A program made the position numbers and the translations under genes. Source: an uncultured Gammaproteobacteria bacterium (lineage in GTDB: Bacteria; Patescibacteriota; Microgenomatia; Levybacterales; GWA1-39-11). Taken from it: DNA of 64,000 nt. How positions within the stretch are numbered: position 1 is the first letter of the stretch; the number at the start of each line of letters is the position of its first letter. Where the stretch lies: the NCBI GenBank assembly GCA_964472415.1, contig CAYYLC010000001.1, positions 3,269-67,268 on the forward strand, written 5' to 3'. Below are positions 38,062 through 48,273 of this stretch, one piece after another. A model generated the notes under the pieces. The model did not search any database and was not told where the DNA came from. It was given only the letters and a program-made list of their open reading frames with translations.

Positions 38062-38346
38062 ATGAGTAGAAGTTTAAAAAAAGGACCATTGATTGATGAG
38101 AGGCTTATGAAAAAAGTTATGGCTCAGAAGGAGAATGGGAAACGTGATCAAATAAAGACATGGTCGAGGTCATGTCAGGTTCCGCCGGAGTTTGTGGGGC
38201 ACATATTTGGTGTACATAACGGAAAAAACTTTATAACGGTGAAAGTAAATGAATCGATGGTAGGGCACAGGCTTGGGGAATTTAGTCCAACGAGACACTT
38301 TAAGGGGCACGGAAGAATTGTTGCTCGAGACATTAGTAAAACTTAA
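38062..38346 (+). CDS. rpsS: 30S ribosomal protein S19
   Basis: Conserved S19. Confidence 0.95.
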   Translation: MSRSLKKGPLIDERLMKKVMAQKENGKRDQIKTWSRSCQVPPEFVGHIFGVHNGKNFITVKVNESMVGHRLGEFSPTRHFKGHGRIVARDISKT

Positions 38347-38352
38347 GAAATT

Positions 38353-38727
38353 ATGGAATATCAAGCAATTGCAAAATATATAAAAATTAGTCCACGAAAA
38401 GTGCGACTTGTGGCAGACGCAGTACGCGAGCTTTCAATCGATGATGCGAAGAGATCACTTGAAAGTTTGAATAACCGTGCAGCGCTACCACTTTTGAAGA
38501 CTATGAATAGTGCGATTGCGAATGCTGTGCATAATGGGAATGAAAATAAAACAGACCTAAATATCAAGGAGATAAATGTGACAGAAGGTGTTCGTTATAA
38601 GAGATATCATTATGCAGGGCGAGGACGTATACGACCATATGTACGACGAACCAGCCATATAGTGGTTACCGTTTCCGGAAAAAATAAAACGGATATGAAA
38701 GGAGCAAACGATGGGACAAAAAGTTAA
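38353..38727 (+). CDS. rplV: 50S ribosomal protein L22
   Basis: Conserved L22. Confidence 0.93.
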   Translation: MEYQAIAKYIKISPRKVRLVADAVRELSIDDAKRSLESLNNRAALPLLKTMNSAIANAVHNGNENKTDLNIKEINVTEGVRYKRYHYAGRGRIRPYVRRTSHIVVTVSGKNKTDMKGANDGTKS

Positions 38728-39352
38728 TCCAATAGCATTACGACTTGGAATACATCATGAATTTAAGAGTGTTGGATTTTATCCAAGGAAAACTTATGCG
38801 AAAAATGTCTTGAAGGATATTCAGATTCGTGATGCACTTTTAAATAAACTAAAGCACGCTGGAGTTGGAGATGTAATTATTGAACGATCACAGAACCAGA
38901 TAAAGTTGACAATTTATGTAACAAAACCAGGAATTGTTATTGGCCGAGGGGGTTCAGGTCTTGAGATTGTGAAAAAAGACATTGTACGGCTTCTTAAGGG
39001 AAGCAGTAATGATGGTTCAGGAGAGCTTAAGATTGAGATTAAAGTAGAGCCTATTAAAGAGCCGAATTTGAATGCACGAATTGTTGCGTCAAATATTGCG
39101 GACCAGTTAATTCGTCGAATGCCTCATAGACGTGTTATGAAGCAGACAGTTGAGCGGGTTATGACAAGCGGTGCAAAAGGAGTGCGAATTGTTCTGTCTG
39201 GAAGAATTGCAGGAGCAGAAATTTCTCGAGTTGAGAGAAATCAGGCTGGAAAATTGTCACTTTCGACAATTCGAGAAGATATTGATTATGCGCAGATTCC
39301 TGCACTTACGAAAAGCGGATATATCGGAGTAAAAGTTTGGATAAATAAATAA
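38711..39352 (+). CDS. rpsC: 30S ribosomal protein S3
   Basis: KH plus S3-C domains. [13 protein letters not shown]. Confidence 0.95.
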   Translation: MGQKVNPIALRLGIHHEFKSVGFYPRKTYAKNVLKDIQIRDALLNKLKHAGVGDVIIERSQNQIKLTIYVTKPGIVIGRGGSGLEIVKKDIVRLLKGSSNDGSGELKIEIKVEPIKEPNLNARIVASNIADQLIRRMPHRRVMKQTVERVMTSGAKGVRIVLSGRIAGAEISRVERNQAGKLSLSTIREDIDYAQIPALTKSGYIGVKVWINK

Positions 39353-39353
39353 T

Positions 39354-39761
39354 ATGTTACAACCAAAAAAACAAAAATATAGAAAACAGTTTAAGCCACG
39401 AAAGCTTCCTCATGTATCACATAGAGGGAATAAAGTAGCATTTGGAGACTTTGGTCTTCAGGTTACTGAGCCGGGTCATATTTCAAGTCGACAAATTGAG
39501 GCGGCAAGACGAGCTATTGTGCATTATATAAAAAGAGGTGGACGTGTATGGATTCGAATTTTTCCGGATCTTCCTATGACAAAAAAACCACCGGAAACGA
39601 GAATGGGTGGAGGAAAAGGAGATATTGATCGATATGTTGCGGTAACCAAATCTGGGCAAATTGTATTTGAGATGAGCGGAGTTGCAGAAGATGTAGCAAA
39701 GGAGGCATTACGACGTGCAGGGCACAAATTGCCGGTGAAGAATACATTTGTAAAACGATAA
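39354..39761 (+). CDS. rplP: 50S ribosomal protein L16
   Basis: Conserved L16. Confidence 0.95.
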   Translation: MLQPKKQKYRKQFKPRKLPHVSHRGNKVAFGDFGLQVTEPGHISSRQIEAARRAIVHYIKRGGRVWIRIFPDLPMTKKPPETRMGGGKGDIDRYVAVTKSGQIVFEMSGVAEDVAKEALRRAGHKLPVKNTFVKR

Positions 39762-39762
39762 T

Positions 39763-39972
39763 ATGAAAAAGCAAGTAAGAGAAGAATTAAAAACAAGAAC
39801 ACGGGAAGAATTAGTGAAGGAGCTCTCTGATAAGAGACTAGAGGTTTCACGGCTTTCTCTTGACATTTCGACACAAAAAGAGAAAAATACAGCACTCCTT
39901 AAAACAAAGAAGAAGGAAATAACGAGGATCTTGACATTACTTAGTCAGAAAAATAGTGAAATTGAAAAATAA
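39763..39972 (+). CDS. rpmC: 50S ribosomal protein L29
   Basis: 69 aa, position and coiled-coil L29 sequence. Confidence 0.9.
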   Translation: MKKQVREELKTRTREELVKELSDKRLEVSRLSLDISTQKEKNTALLKTKKKEITRILTLLSQKNSEIEK

Positions 39973-39975
39973 AAT

Positions 39976-40215
39976 ATGAAAAAAATATTAACCGGTACAG
40001 TAGTATCAAATAAAATGCAAAATACAGCAGTTGTTGCTGTGTACAGAATTGTTGCGCACCCATTGTATGGGAAAAAAATGCGAAGAACGACAAGGCTGAG
40101 CGCAGATACGAATAATATAGAGTTAGCAGTTGGAGATGTTGTGCGAATTGAAGAAGTGAAGAAAATGAGTAAGACAAAGCATTTTAAGATAATTGGAAAG
40201 GAGGACTCAAAGTAA
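39976..40215 (+). CDS. rpsQ: 30S ribosomal protein S17
   Basis: Conserved S17 OB fold. Confidence 0.93.
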   Translation: MKKILTGTVVSNKMQNTAVVAVYRIVAHPLYGKKMRRTTRLSADTNNIELAVGDVVRIEEVKKMSKTKHFKIIGKEDSK

Positions 40216-40235
40216 TTTTATTTTGAGTTTAGAAT

Positions 40236-40610
40236 ATGGTACAACACAGAACAATGTTGACTAGTGCTGATAATTCGGGTGCAAGAATTTTGCAGGTGAT
40301 TCAAGTTTATGGTGGATCGGGGAAGCGGTATGGCCGTTTGGGAGAGATTTTAGGATGCGTGGTGAAAAAAGCACTTCCGCATACACAGTATAAAAAAGGA
40401 GATAAGGTAAAGGTTGTATTGGTAAGAGCGAGAAAAGAATACAAGAGGAGCGATGGGACATATATCAGATTTTCAGAAAACGCCGGAGTTATTATTGAAA
40501 ATGAAAAGACGAAAAATCCTACCGGGACTCGAATCTTTGGTCCTGTAGCACGAGAAGTGAAGGATGCGGGCTTCGGGAAGATAGCATCTCTTGCAAAAAA
40601 CGTAGTATAA
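40236..40610 (+). CDS. rplN: 50S ribosomal protein L14
   Basis: Conserved L14. Confidence 0.95.
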   Translation: MVQHRTMLTSADNSGARILQVIQVYGGSGKRYGRLGEILGCVVKKALPHTQYKKGDKVKVVLVRARKEYKRSDGTYIRFSENAGVIIENEKTKNPTGTRIFGPVAREVKDAGFGKIASLAKNVV

Positions 40611-40614
40611 AGAT

Positions 40615-40920
40615 ATGAAAATAAGAAAAGACGACACAGTACAGATAATGATGGGGAAAGATAAAGGTAAGACTGGAAAGGTCTTGAGAGCAATCCCGTC
40701 AAAAAATATGGTGCTTGTGGAAGGCGTTAATCAATTTAAGCGTCATATGAAGGGGCAAGCTCAGGGTCAAAAGTCTGAAATTGTGACGATTACAAAGCCG
40801 CTAAGTGTGTCGAAGGTGTCATTAATTGATCCGAAGAGTAAGAAACCAACACGAGTAGGGTATAAAAACGAAAATGATACAAAGGTGAGGATTGCGAAAA
40901 AATCGCAAGCAATAATTTAG
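40615..40920 (+). CDS. rplX: 50S ribosomal protein L24
   Basis: KOW motif. Confidence 0.93.
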   Translation: MKIRKDDTVQIMMGKDKGKTGKVLRAIPSKNMVLVEGVNQFKRHMKGQAQGQKSEIVTITKPLSVSKVSLIDPKSKKPTRVGYKNENDTKVRIAKKSQAII

Positions 40921-40923
40921 AAT

Positions 40924-41037
40924 ATGAAAGTAAGAGCGTCAGTAAAAAAAAGATGTCTAAAATGTAAAATTATCCGCAGGAAAGGGAACGTTTTAGTAAT
41001 TTGCGAGAACCCTCGCCACAAACAGCGACAAGGGTAG
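40924..41037 (+). CDS. rpmJ: 50S ribosomal protein L36 (zinc-ribbon), unusually located between rplX and rplE
   Basis: My own translation gives [37 protein letters not shown] (37 aa, C-x2-C...C-x4-H). It is not in the ORF track because it is under 60 aa. Confidence 0.85.
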   Translation: MKVRASVKKRCLKCKIIRRKGNVLVICENPRHKQRQG

Positions 41038-41045
41038 ATAGAACT

Positions 41046-41615
41046 ATGAGTAATTTTAAGAAAGAATACGAAACAAAAATACGACAAGAATTGAAGGAAA
41101 AGCTCGGGTATAAATCTGCGATGGCGGTACCAAGAGTTGAGAAGATAGTGGTGAATACGAGTATGAAATCATTCTTACAAGATAAGAGAAATCTTGAGCG
41201 TGCAGCACAGGAGCTGACTATTATTACTGGTCAAAAACCGAAAGTAGGGGCAGCGCGAGCTTCTATTGCGACATTTAAGTTGCGAGAAGGAGATAAGATT
41301 GGGCTTTCTGTGACGCTTCGTGGAAAGAGAATGTATGATTTTTTGGAAAAACTTATCTCTGTGGTATTTCCACGAGTGAAGGATTTTTCAGGAGTGGACT
41401 TGAAAGCATTCGATGGACGAGGTAATATAAGCGTCGGGTTTTCTGAACAGATAGTTTTCCCTGAAATTGATCCGGGACAGACTGAGGCAGTCAGATCGCT
41501 ACAAGTGACAATTGTTACTTCAGCAAAAGATGATACTGAAGGAAAAGCACTTTTAGAAGGATTTGGAATGCCATTTAGAAAGGTAAATCCAGACGAAAAT
41601 ATAGGAAAAAATTAA
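41046..41615 (+). CDS. rplE: 50S ribosomal protein L5
   Basis: Start moved to Met (MSNFKKEYE...). The track ORF start at 41001 would overlap rpmJ. Confidence 0.93.
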   Translation: MSNFKKEYETKIRQELKEKLGYKSAMAVPRVEKIVVNTSMKSFLQDKRNLERAAQELTIITGQKPKVGAARASIATFKLREGDKIGLSVTLRGKRMYDFLEKLISVVFPRVKDFSGVDLKAFDGRGNISVGFSEQIVFPEIDPGQTEAVRSLQVTIVTSAKDDTEGKALLEGFGMPFRKVNPDENIGKN

Positions 41616-41616
41616 T

Positions 41617-41802
41617 ATGTCTAAAAAATCGACAGTAGTAAAATTAGGAAAGAAGCAAAAATATATGACTCGTAATGTGAATCTATGTTCTTTGTGTGGA
41701 AGAACGAGAGCGTATATGAGATTGTTTGGAGTATGTAGAATTTGTTTTCGAGAGCGCGCATTGAAAGGAGAGTTTCCAGGAGTAAAGAAATCAAGCTGGT
41801 AG
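41617..41802 (+). CDS. rpsN: 30S ribosomal protein S14 type Z (zinc-binding)
   Basis: 61 aa with a CxxC...CxxC cluster. Confidence 0.93.
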   Translation: MSKKSTVVKLGKKQKYMTRNVNLCSLCGRTRAYMRLFGVCRICFRERALKGEFPGVKKSSW

Positions 41803-41809
41803 AAATATT

Positions 41810-42199
41810 ATGAATTATCCAATAGCATCATTTTTAACACAAGTAAAAAACGCATATATGGCTCGAAAAAAGTCTGTAGTGTTTCAGCATTCAAAAATTA
41901 TTGAGGCTATCGGAAATATTATGGTAAAGGAAGGATATGTGAAATCCTTGAAAGTAATAGAAGATAATAATAAGAAGAATATTGAAGTAGCACTTCTTTA
42001 CCATAGTCACGAACCGGCATTAAATGAAGTAAGGATTATTTCTAAACCTTCGATTCACCGATATGCAAAGCAAGATGAGGTAAAAAAGAGTGTGAGTCGA
42101 TTTAAGACAAATATTTTGTCAACGAATCAGGGAATTATGACAGCAAAAGATGCAGGCGCAAAAAATATCGGCGGAGAGGTAATTTGTATACTTAGTTAA
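41810..42199 (+). CDS. rpsH: 30S ribosomal protein S8
   Basis: Conserved S8. Confidence 0.95.
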   Translation: MNYPIASFLTQVKNAYMARKKSVVFQHSKIIEAIGNIMVKEGYVKSLKVIEDNNKKNIEVALLYHSHEPALNEVRIISKPSIHRYAKQDEVKKSVSRFKTNILSTNQGIMTAKDAGAKNIGGEVICILS

Positions 42200-42200
42200 T

Positions 42201-42743
42201 ATGTCACATATAGGAAAACAACCAATAACAATTGAAAATGGAGTAGAACTCATCATTGACGAGCGAGATGTTGTAGTGAAGGGTCCGAAAGGGGAACTTT
42301 CTTGGACTCTTCCGAAAGGAATCGGGATAGAGCTTGCAGATGGTGTTGCAACAATTGTTTTGAAAAAGGACAACAAAAATTTAATGAAATTCTATGGACT
42401 CTCACGTTCACTCGTTTTTAATATGGTGCATGGGGTTAGTAAGGGATTTGATAAAAAACTTGAAATGAAAGGTGTAGGATATAGAGCACGGATTGATGGG
42501 AGATCTTTAGTTTTAAATGTTGGATATTCTCATCCTGTTAAAATAGATCCCCCAGAGGGAATTACCCTTCAGGTAGAAGAGGGGGGAATAATAGTGGTAA
42601 GTGGAATTAATAAACAACTTGTCGGAGACACCGCAAGTAAGATTAGATCGGTAAGAAAGCCAGAACCATATAAAGGGAAAGGTATAAAATACGTAGGGGA
42701 GGTAGTTCGACGAAAAGCTGGAAAGGCAGCAAAGTCAGCATAA
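42201..42743 (+). CDS. rplF: 50S ribosomal protein L6
   Basis: Conserved L6. Confidence 0.95.
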   Translation: MSHIGKQPITIENGVELIIDERDVVVKGPKGELSWTLPKGIGIELADGVATIVLKKDNKNLMKFYGLSRSLVFNMVHGVSKGFDKKLEMKGVGYRARIDGRSLVLNVGYSHPVKIDPPEGITLQVEEGGIIVVSGINKQLVGDTASKIRSVRKPEPYKGKGIKYVGEVVRRKAGKAAKSA

Positions 42744-42748
42744 CTAAT

Positions 42749-43087
42749 ATGAAAAATATAAAAGATATTCGAAAAAAACGAGCATTAAGAACAAAGTATA
42801 ATATTTCAGGAAGCCTGCGACCACGATTGAGCGTATTTCGTTCAAACAAGTATTTATATGCGCAGCTTCTTGATAATACAACCTCGAGAGTGATAGTAGC
42901 AGCGAGCTCGAAGCAATACGAGGAGGCTAATAAGACTGATGCAGCACAGAAGCTGGGACTTGAGTTTGCAAAAGAAGTTATCGGTAAAAAAATAAAAGAT
43001 GTCGTGTTTGATAAAGGCCCTTATAGATATCATGGGCGAGTAAAAGCGTTTGCTGATGCAGCGCGGGAAGGAGGATTGAATTTCTAG
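42749..43087 (+). CDS. rplR: 50S ribosomal protein L18
   Basis: Conserved L18. Confidence 0.93.
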   Translation: MKNIKDIRKKRALRTKYNISGSLRPRLSVFRSNKYLYAQLLDNTTSRVIVAASSKQYEEANKTDAAQKLGLEFAKEVIGKKIKDVVFDKGPYRYHGRVKAFADAAREGGLNF

Positions 43088-43088
43088 T

Positions 43089-43541
43089 ATGTACAACAAA
43101 CATCAAGATAGAGAAAAATTTGAAGAAAAGATCGTTCAGATTAATAGAGTTTCGAAAAAAACTAAAGGAGGAAATACGATGAGATTTTCAGTCTTGGTAG
43201 TGGTTGGAGACAAGAAGGGGAAAGTAGGCGTCGGACTCGGAAAATCTGCAGATATCGCATCAGCGATTCAGAAAGCAGTTTCCTATGCAAAAAAACATTT
43301 TATCGATGTGCCGATCGTGAATGAAACAATTCCTCACGATATTCAATTAAAATTAGGAGCATCAAAGATTCTCTTAAAACCTGCACCTCAAGGATCGGGA
43401 CTTATTGCAGGAGGGGCGGTGCGAAGTGTTGTAGAGGCAGCTGGAATTCGAAATATCTCTTCGAAAATATTAGGGACTAATAATAAAGCGAGCAACGTAT
43501 ATGCAACATTTGCAGCGCTTGAGAAATTAAAAAACGAATAA
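43089..43541 (+). CDS. rpsE: 30S ribosomal protein S5
   Basis: Conserved S5. It is followed directly by rplO with no L30 gene between them. Confidence 0.95.
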   Translation: MYNKHQDREKFEEKIVQINRVSKKTKGGNTMRFSVLVVVGDKKGKVGVGLGKSADIASAIQKAVSYAKKHFIDVPIVNETIPHDIQLKLGASKILLKPAPQGSGLIAGGAVRSVVEAAGIRNISSKILGTNNKASNVYATFAALEKLKNE

Positions 43542-43542
43542 T

Positions 43543-43986
43543 ATGAAAAAACTAGATAATTTACAAAAAATTGTAGAAAAGCCAAAGAGACGTCTCGGTC
43601 AAGGTCATGGCTCTGCACGGGGAAAGACTGCAGGACGAGGAATGAAAGGGCAAAAAGCTCGAACGAAGATTGCACTTTCTTTTGAAGGTGGAGCACTACC
43701 ATTGATTAAAAGACTGCCATTGCTTCGTGGAAAAGGAAGAAATTATTCTCTTCAGAAAGATTTTCTTGGAATTAATGTTTCTCAACTGAATACGTTTCCT
43801 GCAAAGGCAGTGGTTGATGTAGAGAGTTTGGTCAAGTACAATATTATTCCTGCAGATTTTATGAAAAGAAATGCTGGCGTAAAGATTCTGGGTGACGGTG
43901 ATCTTTCAAAAGCATTAACAGTAAAGCTCTCAGTATCAAAAGGAGCGAAGGAAAAGATTGAATCAGCAGGTGGAAGTGTAGAATAA
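43543..43986 (+). CDS. rplO: 50S ribosomal protein L15
   Basis: Conserved L15. Confidence 0.93.
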   Translation: MKKLDNLQKIVEKPKRRLGQGHGSARGKTAGRGMKGQKARTKIALSFEGGALPLIKRLPLLRGKGRNYSLQKDFLGINVSQLNTFPAKAVVDVESLVKYNIIPADFMKRNAGVKILGDGDLSKALTVKLSVSKGAKEKIESAGGSVE

Positions 43987-43995
43987 AATCATACC

Positions 43996-45282
43996 ATGGG
44001 GAAAGCATTTGACGTTATTACAAAAATCTTTAAGGACCCCGAACTCAGAAAGAAAATTCTCATAGTTTTAGGACTCTTTTTAATATTCCGATTCCTTGCG
44101 CACATTCCTGTTGCAGGAGTGAATATCAATCAGCTCAGATCCCTCTTTGACCAGAATCAATTCTTGGGATTGTTGGACATCTTTTCCGGAGGGACATTGT
44201 CTAATTTTTCTATTCTTGCAGTAGGAATTGGACCATATATTTATGCTTCTATTGTAATGCAGCTTTCCGCAAAAATTTATCCAAAGCTCGAGGAGCTTCA
44301 GAAAGAGGGCCAATATGGAAAGCAAAAAATAAACCGATATACGCGATATGCGACTATTCCTCTTGCGATCCTTCAGTCGGTTGGAATGTATACACTGCTT
44401 CGAAGTCAGGGGCTTATTGGTAATCTAACAGTGATCGATTTACTTGCATTTGTAGCGACTATGGTTGCTGGAACTATGCTTCTTATGTGGATTGGAGAAA
44501 TTATTTCTGAGCAAAATATCGGGAATGGGATTTCTCTTATTATCTTTGCTGGAATTGTTGGGCAGATCCCTATTGCCATATTTCAACTTCTCACGACTAT
44601 TAATGCAGAGCAAGTTCTGAATATTGCTCTCCTTATCGCTATGGGAGTGTTGGTGATTGGAGCAATTGTGTTTGTAAATGAAGCGATTCGAAAAGTGCCA
44701 ATTATGTATGCAAAACGAATTCGTGGTGCAAGATCTCAAGCCTCACAATCAACACACTTACCACTTAAGCTGAATTCTGCAGGGGTTATTCCGATCATTT
44801 TTGCAATTTCACTCGTGCTGCTTCCCTCGTTGTTTGCGAACTATTTTGTGGCATCTTCCAATCCCCAGCTTTCTGCAATTGGGAATTGGCTTGTTGCGAA
44901 TTTTGGTGTCGCAAGTCTTTTGTATAACATAGTATATTTTGCACTTATTTTTGGATTTACTTATTTCTACACAGCGATAATTTTTAACCCAAAAGATATT
45001 GCAGAAAACGTTCAGCAGAGTGGAGGGTTTATTCCAGGGATTAGGCCAGGGAGGCAAACAGAGAAATATCTGAATTTTATTATTACGAGAATTACTCTTT
45101 TCGGGGCGATATTTTTAGGTCTTGTTGCTGTCCTCCCAAATATTTTACAAGCATATACCGGTATCCAGACATTGGTAGTAGGAGGGACAAGTATTTTGAT
45201 TGTTGTTGCGGTAGTTATTGAAACCATAAAAATTTTGGAAACACAAATGGTGAATAGAAGTTACGATAGATTTTTAGATTAA
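43996..45282 (+). CDS. secY: preprotein translocase subunit SecY
   Basis: 428 aa, 10 TM helices, conserved SecY. Confidence 0.95.
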   Translation: MGKAFDVITKIFKDPELRKKILIVLGLFLIFRFLAHIPVAGVNINQLRSLFDQNQFLGLLDIFSGGTLSNFSILAVGIGPYIYASIVMQLSAKIYPKLEELQKEGQYGKQKINRYTRYATIPLAILQSVGMYTLLRSQGLIGNLTVIDLLAFVATMVAGTMLLMWIGEIISEQNIGNGISLIIFAGIVGQIPIAIFQLLTTINAEQVLNIALLIAMGVLVIGAIVFVNEAIRKVPIMYAKRIRGARSQASQSTHLPLKLNSAGVIPIIFAISLVLLPSLFANYFVASSNPQLSAIGNWLVANFGVASLLYNIVYFALIFGFTYFYTAIIFNPKDIAENVQQSGGFIPGIRPGRQTEKYLNFIITRITLFGAIFLGLVAVLPNILQAYTGIQTLVVGGTSILIVVAVVIETIKILETQMVNRSYDRFLD

Positions 45283-45284
45283 TT

Positions 45285-45821
45285 ATGAGGATTATTCTTA
45301 TTGGTATTCAGGGTTCAGGAAAATCAACCCAAGGAAATTTACTTTCTGAGAAACTTTCAATTCCATATCTTTCAACAGGACATATTTTCCGGAAGATTGC
45401 GAAAGAAAAAACTCCATTTGGACGGTATGTTAAAGAGACACTTAATGCGGGTGTTCTTATTTCAGATGATAAAACCCTTGAGATTGTAAGTGGTTATCTT
45501 AGTCGTGATGAATATGAAAATGGATATATTCTTGATGGGTTTCCGCGAACAGTAATGCAGGCAAATGATTTTCAGGAAGAAATCGATTATGTGTTTTACT
45601 TGAATGTCTCAGACAGAGAGGCGTTGTGGAGATTGTCGTATCGAGAAGATGAGCGAGAAGATGATACGCTTCTTGCGCTTCGGAAGCGGATAGAGTTATT
45701 TCACGAAATAACAGAGCCGGTCCTTGGCTATTATAGAAAAAAAGGGCTTTTGACAGAGATAGATGGAGAAAAAAAGATTGAAGAAATAAGTGGGGAAATA
45801 CTAGGTACAATGCAACGTTAA
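45285..45821 (+). CDS. adk: adenylate kinase (short form, no zinc lid)
   Basis: P-loop GIQGSGKSTQ and NMP-binding segment GDLLR-like (STGHIFR). Confidence 0.85.
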   Translation: MRIILIGIQGSGKSTQGNLLSEKLSIPYLSTGHIFRKIAKEKTPFGRYVKETLNAGVLISDDKTLEIVSGYLSRDEYENGYILDGFPRTVMQANDFQEEIDYVFYLNVSDREALWRLSYREDEREDDTLLALRKRIELFHEITEPVLGYYRKKGLLTEIDGEKKIEEISGEILGTMQR

Positions 45822-45828
45822 TCTTCTT

Positions 45829-46380
45829 ATGGCACAAAAAATTATTCTTGCTTTTGTTGGAATGCCCGGAGCTGGGAAAAGTGAGGCTGCTTCTTATTTA
45901 CAGGGAAAGGGAGTTCCATTTATTCGATTTGGGAGCTTTACAGACGAAGGAGTTAAAGAGATGGGGCTTGAGTTGACTCCCGATAATGAGCGAGTGGTTC
46001 GAGAAAAATTTCGAGAAGAGTTGGGAATGGCAGCATATGCAATAAAATCTGAAGAAAAAATATCTCAGATGCTTAAAAAGAACGACATAATTGGTATTGA
46101 TGGATTATATTCTTGGGAAGAGTATGTATATTTGAAGGAGAAATTCTCCAATTTAATTTTAATTCAAGTATATAGTGAGCCCAATGTTCGTTATAGACGA
46201 CTTTCTGAGCGCCCTATTCGTCCTGTTCTTCCGGGAAAGTCTCGTGAACGTGATATTGCAGAGCTTGAAAATCTGAATAAAGGCGGTCCGATTGCGATTG
46301 CGGACTATATGGTAGAGAATGAAGGAGAACTCACGAAAATGTATGAGCAGATAGATAAAATACTTGAAAAAGTTCAATAA
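45829..46380 (+). CDS. additional P-loop nucleotide/nucleoside kinase-family protein (dephospho-CoA-kinase/AAA-like)
   Basis: Walker A GMPGAGKSEA. 183 aa, inserted between adk and map. Confidence 0.45.
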   Translation: MAQKIILAFVGMPGAGKSEAASYLQGKGVPFIRFGSFTDEGVKEMGLELTPDNERVVREKFREELGMAAYAIKSEEKISQMLKKNDIIGIDGLYSWEEYVYLKEKFSNLILIQVYSEPNVRYRRLSERPIRPVLPGKSRERDIAELENLNKGGPIAIADYMVENEGELTKMYEQIDKILEKVQ

Positions 46381-46381
46381 T

Positions 46382-47155
46382 ATGGATGATAGAACAAAGC
46401 GAAAAATTGAGACTATGCAGCGTGCTGGTGGGATATTGGGTCAAGTAATGAGAGAGATAATCGATTATGTAAAGGAAGGAGTAAGTGAACTTGATGTAGA
46501 TAAGCTTGCTGAACGACGTATCTTAGAGTTGGGTGGAGAGCCTGGATTCAAGAAAGTGGATGGGTATAGACATACAATTTGTGCTTCGACTAATGATGTA
46601 GTGGTGCATGGGATTCCAAAGGATAAGAAGTTTGTGCAAGGAGATATATTCGGTTTTGATTGTGGGGTATATTTGGATGGGTACCATACTGACATGGCAG
46701 AAAGTATAATTGTGGGTGAAACACACGATGTGGGTCGAAGAAAATTTTTAGATGCTGGTAAAAAAGCTCTATTTCAGGCAATTGCAGAAGCAAAGCCAGG
46801 AAATCATGTAGGACATATTTCTCAGGCAATGCAAGAGGGTGTTGAGTCGCATGGATACAGTATTGTGAGGAGTTTGGTAGGGCATGGAGTGGGAAGAGAA
46901 CTTCATGAAGAGCCTGAGATTCCAGGATATCTTGAGGGAAAGATAGAGAAGACTCCGAGGCTTCGCGTGGGAATGACGATTGCGATAGAAGTAATCTATA
47001 ATATGGGCAATCCTGAGGTAGTTTTTGAGGGAACTGATGATTGGACAATTGTCAGCGAAGATGGTTCTCTTTCAGGACTTTTTGAGCGAACCTTATACAT
47101 TTCTGAGAGTGGGCCGAAACTTATCACAAAACTTTTTGATGATCCATTAGAATAG
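46382..47155 (+). CDS. map: methionine aminopeptidase type I
   Basis: M24A pita-bread fold with Co/Mn ligands (D, D, H, E, E context: FDCGVYLDGYHTDMAES, HGVGRELHEEP). Start taken at MDDRTKRK. Confidence 0.9.
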   Translation: MDDRTKRKIETMQRAGGILGQVMREIIDYVKEGVSELDVDKLAERRILELGGEPGFKKVDGYRHTICASTNDVVVHGIPKDKKFVQGDIFGFDCGVYLDGYHTDMAESIIVGETHDVGRRKFLDAGKKALFQAIAEAKPGNHVGHISQAMQEGVESHGYSIVRSLVGHGVGRELHEEPEIPGYLEGKIEKTPRLRVGMTIAIEVIYNMGNPEVVFEGTDDWTIVSEDGSLSGLFERTLYISESGPKLITKLFDDPLE

Positions 47156-47226
47156 TACGCTCAAATGAGGCTTGCTAATTCAAATGTCATTTGTTAAAAT
47201 TAACAGATTAAATTGGAGCAGTTTTT

Positions 47227-47442
47227 ATGGCTCATCAAGGATCAGTAGAGATAGACGGAATTGTAAAAGAGGTTTTACCGAATACTCTTTTCAGAGTTGA
47301 AATAGAAGGAGGAAATCTTATCTTGTGTCATCTATCCGGAAAAATGAGAATTCATTTTATTAAGATAATGCCAGGAGATAGGGTCAAAATAGAAATGACT
47401 CCCTATGATACTGAAAAAGGTAGGATAATTTATCGTTATTAA
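47227..47442 (+). CDS. infA: translation initiation factor IF-1
   Basis: 71-aa S1-like OB fold ([19 protein letters not shown]). Confidence 0.93.
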   Translation: MAHQGSVEIDGIVKEVLPNTLFRVEIEGGNLILCHLSGKMRIHFIKIMPGDRVKIEMTPYDTEKGRIIYRY

Positions 47443-47473
47443 CCTCTTCGTACCGTTCCACTAAGATAAAAAT

Positions 47474-47866
47474 ATGAGAGTAGCAGGAGTAAACATACCA
47501 GATGATAAAAGAGTCGATATTTCATTGACTTATATTTATGGTATTGGAAGAAAAACTGTGTACGAAATTTTGGAAATAGCAGACGTTGATCCTTCAACGA
47601 GAACAAAGGATTTGAGTGAAGATCAGATTATTAAGATTCAGAAGACGCTTGATAAGTATAAGATAGAAGGAGATTTGCGAGCAGATATCGTATCAAATGT
47701 TAAACGACTGAGAGATATTAATTCATATCGAGGAATGAGGCATACTCGCGGACTTCCTGCTCGAGGGCAAAGAACTCGATCAAATGCTCGAACAAAGAGG
47801 GGTAAGAGGGTAACAATTGGAGCAGTGAGAAAAGATGTAGCTGAGAGAATGGCTGCAGGAAAATAA
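47474..47866 (+). CDS. rpsM: 30S ribosomal protein S13
   Basis: Conserved S13. Confidence 0.95.
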   Translation: MRVAGVNIPDDKRVDISLTYIYGIGRKTVYEILEIADVDPSTRTKDLSEDQIIKIQKTLDKYKIEGDLRADIVSNVKRLRDINSYRGMRHTRGLPARGQRTRSNARTKRGKRVTIGAVRKDVAERMAAGK

Positions 47867-47871
47867 TATAT

Positions 47872-48270
47872 ATGGCACAAGCAGTAAAAAATAAAAAACC
47901 GGCAAAGAAGTCTACAGTTGTGACAACTGGAAAGGGGAAAATCTTTGTAGGGACGACATTTAATAACACAATCGTAACCATTACGAATGAAAAGGGAGAT
48001 GTAGTTTCGTGGAGTAGTAGTGGAAAAGCAGGATTTAAAGGAACGAGAAAATCTACTCCATATGCTGCAACGCTTGCGGTAGAGGCGGCGTTGGGGAAAG
48101 CACGAGAGGTGGGAATAAAGACCCTTGACGTCTATATTAAAGGTCCAGGAGTTGGGCGAGATGCATCACTCCGAGCTCTCAGAAATTCCGGTATGGGAAT
48201 TTCGATGATTGCAGATGTGACGCCTATTCCACACAATGGTCCACGACAGAAGAAACGGAGGAGAGTTTAA
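47872..48270 (+). CDS. rpsK: 30S ribosomal protein S11
   Basis: Conserved S11. Confidence 0.95.
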   Translation: MAQAVKNKKPAKKSTVVTTGKGKIFVGTTFNNTIVTITNEKGDVVSWSSSGKAGFKGTRKSTPYAATLAVEAALGKAREVGIKTLDVYIKGPGVGRDASLRALRNSGMGISMIADVTPIPHNGPRQKKRRRV

Positions 48271-48273
48271 TCT

